Positions 12,209 to 25,555 of a DNA stretch of 64,000 bases are shown piece by piece (positions within the stretch are counted from its first letter, which is position 1; each line of letters starts with the position of its first letter). Made by a program: the position numbers and the translations under genes. Below the pieces are notes generated by a model that worked only from the letters and a program-made list of their open reading frames with translations, had not been told where the DNA came from and made no database searches. This stretch comes from Spongospora subterranea f. sp. subterranea (taxonomy: Eukaryota), in assembly GCA_049724395.1 (NCBI GenBank), contig JAUGWO010000024.1, forward strand, positions 62,001 through 126,000, given 5' to 3'.

Positions 12209-13993
12209 ATGATCCATGCCTCCATTCAATCCAAACGGTGCCACTCTATAGAAGATCTCGTGGAGCATAATCAGTATCGATGCCGCGTTCGTTTGCAGCA
12301 GCTACAGCATTTATCGCTTGGCTCCAGAATCGTTCTTATGCAGATTTCTGATGCCGATGACAATACTTGCTCGATAAGCGCGTTTCTTCATCGCAAATTT
12401 TCCTTGAATCGTTGGGTCCCGCAACAGACTATCCTGCGAATGGCTTCCGTACGATTAGCTGGCTCTAGATTATTGCCTACAGGTTTGTCCAGATTCAGCA
12501 TATTGCAAATCTCAACTCAAAGACGTGTTATAGAGCATATTGTTGAAGAGATCAAAATCAGCAACATTATGGACGTTCGTGAATCTGAACGTGTATTTAT
12601 CGGTCGGCTAATTCGCAGAAGTGACGGATCCTCTTCCGCATCGCATTACCGTCGTGGGCAGTGCCTCACATTACAGGTTATTGTTTGCTATTTCTCAGAG
12701 TCACAACTGATGAAGTTTTGTAGGGTTTTTATCCAAGGTGTGTAATTCAGTGGTTTCAATGGGGTCCCGCTGCCAACCTTGGTCAGCTTCTTCAATTATC
12801 TGAGATCGTCGTTGTCCACAACGCGGAATTTATACCAAAAACCTTGGGCGGTGAGGAGGCAGGGGATGCTGCTGAGCTGTCTCAAAGAGTTGAATCGCTA
12901 GATGGCACCATAGTTCAGGTAAATACGTTCATCTGTGTGGCTTATCTAAAAGTGGCGGGTTATGTTTTGAAGGTTGTAGTGGATGATGAACAAACCATAG
13001 CAACCTACACCAGGATGATGGTCGGAAATGATGAACCGAGTTTTACAGCATCGCCAATAGATGAAGGTTTATCTCAGGTTCCAAATGTTGGGGTATTTTG
13101 ACCCGCTTGTTGATTCCGTCTCTCCAGCTTTCTACTTCTGTTTCCGAGGCGGAGTCAGACCTCAACACATGGGACGCAACAGATCTCGAAAGCCAACGTA
13201 TGCGGATCGATCAGATTCTAGAGTATCAGACATCTTTGATAAATGTATCCTTATTTGCCACAATTGTGCAAGTATTTATCTGATATCTTTGAGTGCACCA
13301 ACACATTGTATTCATTACTTTTTTTATATCAGGTTGATCGTCAGCAATCACGATGTTCAGTGACCGATGAGTCCCATAGCCTTCTTGATATTGCATTAGA
13401 TTTTAACCAATCTCAGACGTGGCTGTCAGGTAATCTCGCAAACATCCTGGAGCTCTTTCTTTGCCAACTTGTATTTAGGACAAACGATTTTTGCTTATCG
13501 GCTGCGTTCTGCCCATTCAAGGCGACGCCTCTTTCGAGCGACTGATCCCAAGAATCTGCACAATATTGCTTACTCCGCTGGCATATTAGCATCGCCATCT
13601 TTATATTGTCTATCAACACTATATGGTCATCCACATTTTGATTCATCCACCTTCATATGCCAGGCTCCAATCCTCCAGGTACGGCGACCAATATTTGTTA
13701 TTCTCTGTGCATAACCGATTAACCAGATTGAGCTACCCACTAATTTTTGCTATGATTGGTGTTCCGTGGTGACTGTATTAATCGACGATGGAACTGCATT
13801 ATTCGGTGTTGGCACATCGCCGATTGCATTAGAAGGCATATTAACATGCCCCTTGGCGACGTTTGCTAGTGTTGACCCGTCCATACGGCAGGACTTGATG
13901 CAGAAGTCATTGAGACGACCTTTGCTCTTAATGATTACGGTACTGTGCAGTAAAACCCATCGATTGCGTGTTGAGCAAATCAGGGAAATATAA
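12209..13993 (+). CDS. Multi-exon OB-fold protein resembling the S. pombe Cdc24 / plant CDC24_OB family
   Basis: Spliced exons give RLLPTG, IQWFQWGPAANLGQLLQLSEIVVVHNAEF, NIAYSAGILASPSLYCLSTL and C-terminal VTVLIDDGTA...LEGILTCPLATFASVDPSIRQDL (RPA1-C/CTC1/Cdc24-OB3-like). Several GT-AG introns of about 50-55 nt; exact internal junctions are uncertain. Confidence 0.6.
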
Positions 13994-14079
13994 TTTCTAG
14001 TAGGAAATACAGTAGAAGAGTATCTATTCTCAACAGCTTGTAGAACTTGCTGCAATAGTCAGAAGATTATGCACTACAT

Positions 14080-16274
14080 TTATTGACCGATTTCGTGCTC
14101 ATTGATTTTATACGGGCCCAATAATTGGGTCATCCATTGGTCTAATGTTCCTGAAGGCTCGGCCCCATCTTGCCTCAGATTATTAGTCATCTTGATTGCA
14201 CATCTGGCGATGATCTCCACCATTTCCTCCAACAATACCTTCACCACACAAAACGCAAACAAGCGTTAGCAGATATCCAACTGGTACACATACCATGTTT
14301 ACCTCATCTGATGCGATATCCACCATTCTCATCGTGATATAATCGCCGATGACGCGATTATCGCTATACGTCTGTCGAATTGCCATCAGATAATCCTCAC
14401 ACGAGACGCCATTGCCATTCAATATCCTCATTAGATCGCGAGCCGGCATTGTCAACAGATTTTCTTTCATTCCATTGCTGAACATACGTGCAAGACCTGT
14501 TGAGTATGGCGTCATCTTATCGACAAGCGCTTTCGATCCACATGAGGAATCTTGATCTTTGGCGAACCTGGGCGCAAAACACAATCAGGATGATTTGGTG
14601 CCTGTTGGGTCGTGTGGCCAACCGTGTAATGACAACATTGGCGAGGAACTGTTGTAATGAATCTGCCAGATCTTCATAAGCAGCCTCTGGGTATAATCTA
14701 GCCGATAATCGCACCAATAACTCGTAGAACTCTCGCAGGAGCACGATTCTTGATGGACAGTGGATCAGCTCATCACATGTCTGTTCGATTGTGCCAATTC
14801 TTATCAACGGTCAGCTGCTAAAGGTCATTATCACTACCAGACCTGATCGTGACAAAGGATGCGATCCAGCGCTGCTCGCGACAATAATGCGGTTCTGATA
14901 TTACAATGGCGCGACCATTCCCACAACTGCCCTAGCGTTAGGTGAAGGGATGGGCGCCCATCATCCCGACATGAATAACTGTAATATATCTGAAGAATTT
15001 CATCTTTGAAAATAGCTCAGCGAATATCGCAATGTGGAACAACGATGATTCTAACCATGATATCGCAGGAGGACGTTCGTGATCTTCTCGGATGGAGTGA
15101 ACGGCGACGACGGGTCGGTTTTGGGCGGATAAATATCCTGGCATTGGACGACGATGGGCGACGAGAATGGCGATGCGTCATCGATGCAGTTATCGTGATC
15201 CCATTGGCCATCGATCACAAACCCATTACAGTAGGTCATGACGCCATGGCCGTGTTTCTGGTTGGCAGCCCATTCCCCGTTATAGGTTGATCCATCACTA
15301 TAGTGAAACACTCCAGATCCTGACCGAAACACTATTAGCCGAACGAGCCAGCGAATCCATTGGGGAATTGCGATGCTGATTGGACCAGTCCTTACCATGA
15401 CGATGACCACGACGGAATTGGCCCCGATAATGATTGCAAATCTGCAGATGGGGCATTCTGCCTTCAGCGACATTCTGTTTTGACACAATATCTGATCCTG
15501 AACACAGCAATTACAGCGCCATTATTACGGGAAACACATTAGAGACACAATCATTCCAGGATAAATCAAGGTTTTTCGTTATTCTTTGTTGTGTATGAAA
15601 CAGTGCTGTGATTATTGACCTGGAATCGAGAGCCATGTATGGGTTCCAAACCCATCCGGCTCATCATTGACCCAACCGCCATCATAGACCTGATTGCTTT
15701 CGATCCAGGTCATGATCCCGCTCCCATGTTTCAGATCCCGTTCCCATAGCCCATCGTAGCTGTTCCCCGAAGCGTAGACCTGCTTTCCCCGTCCATGGCG
15801 CCGGCCGTTCTCCCATTGGCCAACATAGCTCGAGTTTGGTGTCGTCAATCGTCCAATTCCATGCCGCCTACCATTTTTCCACATTCCCGAGTATGTCGTA
15901 TTGCCTTCTCTGATGTCCTAATTCATCATGAACAACGTGATATCTCATCAGTTCATACCATCGCAAAAATTGAGCATTTCTCATAAGGTCGAAAAAAAAT
16001 TGTTAATGTGCTTTCGTACCCGAGTTGTGAGGATTCCTGACCCATGGCGTAATCCATCGCGTATATCGCCAGTATAAGTGTGTTTATCTGCCCATATATA
16101 AGTCCCTTTTCCAGATAATCGCCCATCGCTCATGCCGCCGATATATCGCATATTGGGCCAGACCACCTCGCAGCGATTCTCCATGGGAAACAATCGGAGC
16201 TGATACTCGACCGCTTCATTCCCTTCGCGGCGACCGATTCCCGGCCCTGACTCAATAGCATTATCTGCCGACAT
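14080..16274 (-). CDS. MORN-repeat radial spoke head 10B-like flagellar protein, multi-exon
   Basis: Many MORN repeats (YIGGMSDGRLSGKGTYIW, YVGQWENGRRHGRGKQVY, YDGLWERDLKHGSG, YNGEWAANQKHGHG) followed by LLREFYELLVRLS, which resembles the RSPH10B C-terminal region. The 3' end is inferred. Confidence 0.7.
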
Positions 16275-16596
16275 GACTTATATGGTACTCGACGATCGGC
16301 CAAATGTGTGAAATGCTGCTGTCAAACGACACCGGACAGATCCCAGGATTGACGACCCAGAATTTTGATCAAAAAAACGGATGTCGGAAGGCTTTTAAAT
16401 GGGTACAAGGACGGTTGGTGGACATTGCTAGCAGCAACACTCTGAAAACATTGTGGCAATTTGGCGGTGTGAGTGTTGATGTTGTGGTTATTCATAGATT
16501 TGAGGTGATCTAGGGGAGTGTAGATGATGAACAACTTTTTTGATCTTCGACGACCGTTTCTTTGCGGTCTTGTGGGTGGGGCTCTTGTTCTTCCAA

Positions 16597-16679
16597 CCGT
16601 CTCTGGACCAATCCCCTAGTTTAGATAGCCCCCTTGTTTTTCCGTCTCTGGACCAATTCCGAATTTGAAATAGCCCCCC
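16597..16679. repeat. Imperfect tandem duplication, about 45-bp period
   Basis: ccgtctctggaccaat...tagccccc occurs twice. Confidence 0.8.
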
Positions 16680-16981
16680 ATTCTTCGTCATTAAGGAACT
16701 GTGTTCGCGCTTACATACTTACCATCAATTTTCGACTGTGGACATTCGCTCGGTGAGACGACACTGTTTTCTGAACCGAATGATGTATGTTATCGAGAAG
16801 TTCCATAAGATTGGACGTTTGGACGAAAATAGAATCGGCACTCAAAGGAACGTCGACAACCTTGTCTAGCCTATTCTTGTTGGAGAGGAAGTCAACCCGA
16901 TGTCTACCGTCGTGCCATCTCCAACTTAAGTCTCTGTCAGAGTAAAGACGCGGACTGCGGAGGTTATCCCTTGTACGGTGT

Positions 16982-17875
16982 TGGTCTCAGTCTCGTCCAC
17001 GAAACTGAAAATGTCATCCGCAACGCAGAGACATAATTGAGCATGGACACGATCATCCATAGTTTTGTCTATTGTTTTTAATACAACGGATGTTGTAGCT
17101 GTTGAAACTAAAGATTAACAGTCGAAGACGCTATGGGCGATAACCAAGTGATACCTGCGATACCGACCGAAGGATCAGAGGGAGGGATACTCGGGGAAAA
17201 ACTCAAATTTCCATGTTTGAATGGTAAATCAAACCATGTCACATGGGCCAAGAAGGCTAGACTCCATATCAAGGGGATCGGAGCAAAACATCTTATTGGC
17301 GAGACAGTTGATTCTTAACCTGATCTGACATCGACGAAAGATAAGAGGCTGGATGATCGTGTCCATGCTCAATTATGTCTCTGCGGTGCGGATGACATTT
17401 TCAGTTTCGTGGACGAGACTGAGACCACTCATGCAGCATGGTTTGCATTAAAGAATCGATTGTCTGTTTGTGGATTACAAGAGTGCAGTTAAGTGCTAAA
17501 GAACTTGTTCAGGATAGAGCAAGGATCCTCCACTGTTAAGCAGTATATCGCAAACGTGGAGTCGGCAGTGAACGATGTCAAAGCAATTGCTTCGAAACAC
17601 TTAACGATCCCGGACTCGCTGAAGGCGATGATTATTTTGATGGGTGTAAATGATCGGATTCCGGAGATGTTATTTTATGGCGGGACTCGTTTTGATCGCC
17701 GTAACTGATTCCGAGGTAATGTTTTCTTGCAGAGCCGCATCAATCGAATCAACGACATGTGATAATCGATCATTTACACCCATCAAAATAATCATCGCCT
17801 TCAGCGAGTCCGGGATCGCTAAGTGTTTCGAAGCAATTGCTTTGACATCGTTCACTGCCGACTCCACGTTTGCGA
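16982..17875 (+). mobile_element. Ty1/copia gag (UBN2-type) pseudogene with two inverted duplications
   Basis: FPCLNGKSNHVTWAKKARLHIKG...AAWFALKNRL...VKQYIANVESAVNDVKAI...PDSLKAMIILMGV, with in-frame stops. Confidence 0.75.
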
Positions 17876-17961
17876 AGGGGGAGTTGAGGTACACATCAAC
17901 TGATCCAACCGATCCGACTTTGATTGTGCTTTTATGTTTTGCGTGCTTATATTCATAAATA

Positions 17962-19571
17962 CTCCCTCTGTCCCGTATGAATTGTCAAAATCGAGAAAGT
18001 GCGTAGTCCCATATGAATTGTCGAAGAATCGATGGCACTGGGTTTTTATCAGGAATCTATTACCTATCTCTTGGGCGTACTCGATCAAATCGGGTGCACA
18101 TTCAATCGATATTGGTAGTAAATTTTCTCTTTCAAGTCTTTCTTTGCCGATATGAGGAAGTTGATATGCGTTGCTCCCTCTAACTTTCATCGTTTCTTTC
18201 ATGCACTGTTGTAATGTGATGAAAACCCGGTTAAGTTTACTCTCTTCTGTCCTGATCAAACGCGTTGACTGTTGCAGCAATAAGATCATCAATATTCCTT
18301 GTGCAACTTTTTCTCTGAGAGACTGGATCGAGTTAAAGAACCCTAAATCTAGGACATTAAAGTCTGGGCTATTCGGTGGTTGGTTTCGAAGCTGGATATT
18401 GAACCCATCTGAAGTTGCGGCTGTGACAAAGTCTTGATCGGTGATGGCAATGTGTGGTCTAGCATTACTTGCTGTATATATATAGGCCGACTCGCTGTAC
18501 GCCGAGGCCATTTCGCCTTGATCGCTGGGATTACCTTTCCGATTAGATACTCAGCATAGACTGCTCGGTCCACGGTTAACGCTTTTGTTGTCAGCGTACC
18601 CTTAGCTCTATTCTTGCTTGCTCTTTTTGCTGGCTCAGCAATAACGAATGGCCATATGCCTATTTTTCCGTCGAATTTCTGGTTGCGGCTGGGATCCCAT
18701 CTAGGACGTGCCACGGTGAACCGTTTACTCTTACAGGTACGGAGGCGAATAGGTTCTTGGGGCGCCAGATAGTAGGTCTGCTTGGGTTTCGTCAGATAAA
18801 AACCATTTTTCGTCCACATGCACCACGTCAAACGTGTCATGGAAAATGACCGCTGTCTCTGTTCGAATTAGCATTGATAAACAAAAAATCAATCGTTCTT
18901 TTTTGTTTTTTCGTTGAGAAATGGTTTGATAGTACTGGAATGCCGGCGAAGCTGTCCCGCTTTGAACCGGCGATGCAGAGTCGATTTTAAAATGTCAAGA
19001 CTTTCAGCCAGGCTTCTGATAGTTGAGCGGTTGCTCAGAGGAACTGCTTGTATTTTTCCAGCAAGATCTTCAATCTGTCTTGGTATCCTTCCTTTCCATT
19101 TCCCTGAAACATCTGCAATGACGTTCCCATCTGTTAATGATTTCTGACCCGTTTGCCAAATGGTTCGAATTGTCCTCTGGTGGACGTTGAGCTTATCTGC
19201 AACAGCAGAAAAGGTCCCTTTGACAGGGTGGCCATTTTGGGTGTTGGCCATGATCATTTCAAATGCTCTGCAGCGCTGAGCATTGGTAAGCATTGGGCAC
19301 TTAGTGTCTCTCCAATCATCTGCCATCGCTTCCAAGTTCTCATTCATCCTAGGATGCTTGGGCCCGGTACGCCAAAGATGAATGCAAACAAAACAAGATG
19401 TTTGAAGATGAATTTTAAAGTAACCAAAAGTCATCATGACAATGTAATAATGGGAGTTGCTTCGTTTCATCGTTGAGTTTATATGAAAATTTGAAAAAAA
19501 AAATGCCGCCAAAAATGGCCTTAATCCCGCGCCGACTGCGATCATGGACAATTCATACGGGACAGAGGGAG
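17962..19571 (-). mobile_element. Full-length DD39D (plant-type) mariner transposon, transposase frameshifted
   Basis: Perfect 25-bp TIRs CTCCCTCTGTCCCGTATGAATTGTC with TA on both sides (17960-61, 19572-73). Motifs HVDEKWFYLT, FDGKIGIWPF, NARPH, QPPNSPDFNVLDLGFF. Confidence 0.95.
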
Positions 19572-21010
19572 TACTTTTGTGTTCTCTGGTCTTCCTCTGT
19601 CTCCATATTGTCGTGTTCTAATTGCCGACGAGAATAACCTCGCTTATAAATGGGTCTGACCACCTGGCTCGGGTGAAATGTGGAAGAGTGACCTCCCTGC
19701 AGTGAACTCGATAACTCTGAATAGGCAATGTAATCGGGTGAGGGCAGGTCCCATTCGGTGTGGTTGTTAGGACAGATTATGGGGGTGAATACAGCTCGTC
19801 TAATGAGTTCCTTCAGTGAATACCCAATATATTTGTAGCGGCCAGACGGAAGTAGGGAAACACCTGATAGTACACAGGATCATTCATCCCATAAGAACCC
19901 GCGAAGATTCAGTTTGTCGCGTTCTGAAATGCCGTTGTCCACAGTATTTTTACACAATCCCGTCCAAGCACTTGCCAACAACAGGCCGAACGATCCCGTA
20001 CAAAATTGACATCGCGCTGGCAAGTGCTCGAACGGGATTGTGTTAAAACACAGTGGCTGCACTGGACAACGGCATTTCAGAACACGACAAACTGAATCTT
20101 CGATAACAAACACCATCAATCTGATAGTTAGGAGGCACATTGCGGTGCCCAAGTTGTCGCAAAACATTGGTTGGCCAGGAAGACACACCACTGGAAGCCG
20201 AGGTTTGTAAAGCCCAAGTACACACGCCCGTCCGAAAGTTGATGCTGTTCCAGTACGATCTGCACGTAATGATGATTGACTCTTTCTGACGTTTTTCTAA
20301 ACAGTATTGCCCAAAAGGGCCCCGGTTCATATTCCGCCATGCACATTGGCCACCATTGACTGCTCTTCGAAGTCTGGTGGCCCGAGTACTACCATTGGCA
20401 ACATCAGCTGCTGCCTAAAACATTGTCAGGCGCTATTGGCTAGGGCGTGTTATCTACACCAGAATAGCGCATTTGGCAGTGATCGAAGACTGTTCGCGCT
20501 GGAGGCGATCCCGGATACATTATTGACGATCCGGATAGCTGTGATTTGGCAATTGCCAATCACTCCTGCGATGGTGGCAACGGTGGCATGTAGCGATGGC
20601 TATATCTGTCACGACGGAATCAGAGTATTTTGTTTAGTTATTGCTGAGGTGGCTCGTGATACATTTCCGGGAGTGGAAATTACCTGGAATCACGGCCATG
20701 TGTGGTTTTGGCCTTGCCGCTTCACATCTGCTGGCGGGTGTGCTAGACGGATGAGGATCTGTGCTGCCTCCGAAGTCGCAGCATTTGTCGTCAAATCGTG
20801 AACCAGCGAAAACAGGTCCGACTGGCTTGTCGTTCATACACAACATGAGCGAACGGTTGAACCTGGGCGCTTATTTGGCGATCCTTCGCGGTTGTCGTCA
20901 GAATCTAAGGTTTTTCTTGAAGATTCTAAGCGATAGAGACCGATTTGTCAATTTTTTGTAGCAGATGCACTTCGCATTGATTGGGTTTTCGCTTTGACAA
21001 TGGTCCCTTC

Positions 21011-24000
21011 TGTCAAAGGCAAGCAATCGATCTTACAGGCAAACAATGGTTATAAAGGCAATTAGAATTGCGAATGGTTTATTGGATTGGATTTGATCCA
21101 CCTTGATCCGTTTGTCGGGTGGAAAACGAGCCCTGAGATGACGGGACATAAGCAATGGCCGGTTCACGAATCTGATTCGCATATGTGGAGGAGAATTGCA
21201 GGTCAACGTGGGCTGAATCACGACATTACCCCCCGACGAGACGAGCGGGTTCCAAGCGCTCGAGGACGACGAGGTGCCGTGAATGCGGGACCAGGAAGTT
21301 CAGGGTGAGCTTGGTGAAAAGCGGTGACGAGGTCACTCTGACGTCGTGGGTTAATAGTTTCACAAGGTTCCCAAGAACGGTCGGCTGGAGTGTTAGCCTT
21401 TCCAATCGATTAGGAATTGAGGCTTGAAACGATGATACCGGGAGTCGAGAATGGCATTCACTAGATAGTGAGGTGTCTGGGAAGTATTGTTGTCCACAAA
21501 AACGGGAGGAGGAGGACCCTGAGCACGATGAGGAATGGTGTTAGCAATAAAAGGAGAGAGCAAGGCAACATGAAAGGGTGGATCTTCAACGAAGGAGGTA
21601 GTTCCAGCTCAACAGTAACGGGGCCGAGGACTCGTTTGGTTAAAAAAAGACCAAATTTGCGAGAAGATAGTTTGGGACAGGGACGCGCCGAACGAATGTT
21701 GGGAGTGGACAATCAAACACGATCACCAATACTATATGGGCGAGGTGTAGAACGACGACAGTCGCCATGGTCGCTATAACGGGCTTGAGCGAGGGCAATT
21801 TGGTCTCGGAGCCAAACATGGAGGTCGGTGATATTTTTCACATAACTTTCAGCACGAGGTACATGGGCAACAGAAGGCACCGCGGGGTCAAGTTTTGGAT
21901 GATATCCACAGAAACGCGAAGAAATGGTGACAAGCAGAATGCTGTGAATTGTTGTCAAGAGGAAGAAGATGGGACCAATCGTTCTGTTGATACGAGGTAT
22001 AACAACCCAAGTATTGTTCCAGGACTTGATTGAGGCGCTCTGTTTGTCCGTTCGTCTGACAGTGATAACCCGATGTCAACGAGACATCAGCACCTAGAAG
22101 TTTGAACAATTGGTTCCAGAATTCGGAAAATAAACTGGGGGCCACGATCATTAGTGATCTAATCGGGGATGCCATAAAGCCGAACAATGGTAAACAGGAC
22201 CAGGATTGCAGTAGTCCCGGCGTCTGTAGGACCAATGGCAGGGAGCGAAGTGACCAACCTTGGTTAGGCGATCAACGAAGACTAAGATACAATTCGACTT
22301 ATCTGAGAGCGAAAGGTCGGTATTGAAGTCGAGGCCAACGGAGCATAAATGGGCGAGAAGGAATAGGTAGGGGCTGCAGCAGGCCTGAAGGTTTCATTCG
22401 GGAAGCCTTTGAGCGGGCACATGTTCCACACGAACGGATATACATTTTGACAAAATAACGATAATCCAGGCCACCAATAGTTGCGTTTTACGATGTCGAG
22501 CGTCCGGGCGAAACCGAAGTGACCAGCGGTGGGGGAATCGTGGCAAAGACGAATCACAGCGAAACGACAATCGTCACGATCTGGAACATAGATACGGTTT
22601 CCGAAAAGGAGCAAATTCCCGACTCGAGAGAACTGGGAATTTGGGTCCATATCGCGGAAACGAGACTGGGCGTATTTATCTTTAAAACTAGCATCGACGA
22701 GGCGAGCATGAAACGCGGGAAGTGTTGAGGGATCGGGAGAAGGAGAAGCGAGAGTAGCGGCGGCGTTGTGGACGGAAGCGCGAGGGGTAAGACCAGGAGC
22801 GAGAACTGGAGAGGATCCAACGACAGGAAAGGGTTCGAGGACAGGGTTTGGGAACGAGGTCTAGGACGCAACCAGAGACACAAAAACGGGATAAGGAACA
22901 GAAACGGGAGTTGGAAAAGCTTCGGGAGAAAACATAGGACTAACGCTGAGGCGTGGTAAGACAGCATCAAGATCATGCCGACGCGAAAGGGCATCGGCTT
23001 TGACGTTGCGAGACCGCGGGCGATAACAGAAATTGAGGGTGAAATGTGAAAAGAACAGGGACAATCGGGATTGTCGATTGGATAAGGGAAATAGCGCAGC
23101 GACTCATGATCAGTAATGACCAGGATTGGATCAAACGCACCTTCCAGATAATGCCTCCAAGTGGTACAAGCGGCCTTGCTTTGCAAGTACTGTAGTTCTT
23201 TTGTCGCGAATGTCGTACCGACTTTCTGCAGGGTTAAGAGAACGAGAGTTAAGAGAACGAGAGTAAAAGCAGCGAGAGGTTGTTGAACGCCTTCTGCATC
23301 AAACTGCGATAAAATTGCGCCAATAGCGAAATTACTCTCATCGGTTTCGAGGGTGAATGGCTTCGAGGGGCCTGCGTGCACCAAGATTGAAGCGAAAGTG
23401 AAAGCTTGTTTCAAAGTCATGAATGCGTCTTCCTGTTCGCCTTTCCACTTGTAAACCGCATTCTTGCGAGTTAAAAGGGTCAACGGTCGCCCGATTGCGG
23501 AGAAATTCTTGATGAACCGACGGTAAAGTTGGCGAACACAAGAAAAGATTGCACCAATCTAACATTGGTGGGAGAAGGCCAATCAACAACGGCTTGGACC
23601 TTGGATGGGTCCATGGACACCCCAGACGAGGACACAATATAGCCTAAGAACTCGGTCTGGCTAGTGGAGAATTCGCTGTAATCGCGTAAGATTTGTAAAA
23701 CTTGACGCACGTGGGTTTCATGTGCAGAAATGTCCTTTGAAAAGATTAAAATATCGTCTAGATAGATTAGGACAAAGTGCTCGAGAAAAGGGCGGAAAAT
23801 GTCATTAAAAAAATGTTGGAAGGTAGCGGGGGCGTTGGTGAATCCAAACGGCATGACATTGGAGTGGAAGTGTTCAAAAAGAAGTACGGAAGCGGTTTTC
23901 CATTCGTCGCCCTTACGAACTCGCAAAAGGTAATCTGCCGAACGGAGATCGATACGGGTAAAATTTTCGCGGATCGAAGCCGGTCAAGCAGTTGGTTGAT

Positions 24001-25555
24001 GAGCGGAAGCGGATACCGATACTTGATCGTGATGGCGTTCAGGCGACGATAATCAATACAGAGACGGTAAACTTCCATCCTTCTTACGGATGATCAGAAC
24101 CGGAGCACCAGCACCAGATGTGGATTCTGTAATGCGACGTTTTGGCAAATTCTCTGCTATATATTCACGTAAGGCCTTGGTTTCGAGCTCGTTCAGAGAG
24201 TAGAAGGGACCGAACGGAGGGGATTTGCCAAGCTCTAGATCGATCGCACAATCATACTGCCGATGAGGAGGGAGTTTGATCAAGTAGATTTGACGAACAC
24301 GTCGGAAAGATCGCTGTACTGGTATGGCAGCTTCACCTCATTCTTGTGGGGCTCAACGCCGACGTCGACGGCAACGGCTTGAGTATCGCGATGGAAGTTC
24401 TTTCGGGGACTGAGCTGTTGGTGACGCCAATCAATGTCTGGGTTGTGCTTGGTTAGCCAAGGGGACCTACCACCATCGTGTGCCGCTTCATGTCAATGGC
24501 GTAGAAGCGGGTGTGTTCGCGACCAAGGCAAGTCTCTAATTTAACAGGAATGATAATATAGGTGATGTCTCCCGTTCTCAGTTTTCTAACCGTCGATAGT
24601 CTTGACCGGGATCGACTCGGTGAGCTTCTTGAAAGGGATGCCTAAAACTTCAGCATGATGACGATCAATGAAAGAGAGGAAGCTCCAGAGTCGACTAGGG
24701 AAATAACGTGCTCTACGTTGATTAGGAATTGAATCTGTAGGCAGTGGAGTTGGGAGGCGGTACACAATTGACAGAATAGGCAGTAATTAGCACAAAGTGG
24801 GACGGGAGGAGGAACAGGAAGAGCCTGAACGGAACTGGAATAATTCGAAGGCGAACCGATCATATCAGCATTAATAGGATTGCGGGCCTGCTCGTTTCCC
24901 GACTTGAATGGGCAATCGCCCTTACGATGGCCAGGTCGTCCGCAATAAAGGCATAGTTCGTTCTCCATCCGACGCTTCCTTTCTTCAACGGATATCGATC
25001 CACGACGGGTTGACGGCGAGGTTGTGTCCAGCACCATAGGATCGTCGAAATTTTTGTTGGCGGAAGGTGCGCATGGGATTATCGGATGACGACTACGTTC
25101 GACTTGACGCTCGCGGATGTCGATCAGAATGCATTGCCCGAGGAATTTTTCTCTAAATCAGCGTCAGCTGCGCAATGGATCAACTCATGTTGAGCATTGT
25201 TGTCGAAGTCAGCGTCCATGACGATCCTTCGGAATTCAGCAGCATAAACGACAGCAATGCTCGAGTTGATTGGTTCCGAGCTGGTCTCGAGATTTTGGAT
25301 GAGTTGATCCAATGCCCAGCCAAACCATTCGCAATTCTAGTGTCAAAAACAAGCACTCGATCTTACAGGCAAACAGTGGTTATAAAGGCAATTGGAATTG
25401 CGAATGGTTTATTGGATTGGATTTGGTCCACCTTGCTCCGTTTGTCGGGTGGAAAATGGGCCCTGAGATGACGGGACACAAGCAACGGCTGGTCCACAAA
25501 TCTGGTTCGCATATGTGGAGGAGAATTGCAGGTTAACGTGGGCTGAATCACGACA
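21011..25555 (-). mobile_element. Ty3/gypsy chromovirus with both LTRs (215 bp: 25341-25555 and 21011-21225), degenerate ORFs, 5' gag apparently deleted
   Basis: TG...CA LTRs and a 5-bp TSD with one mismatch (CCTTC/TCTTC). PPT GGGGGGTAA. Gag knuckle CLYCGRPGHRKGDC, protease LVDSGAS, RT YLDDILI, RNase H ETDESNFAIGAIL, integrase CHDSPTAGHFG / TNGQTERLNQVLEQYL, chromodomain ILDSR..FLIDWKG..WEP. Confidence 0.95.

Noticed and set aside
15440..15488. RING-like ECPICR in the MORN gene
   Set aside because: Wrong frame; the spliced exon reads ...HLQICNHYRGQFRRGHRHG.
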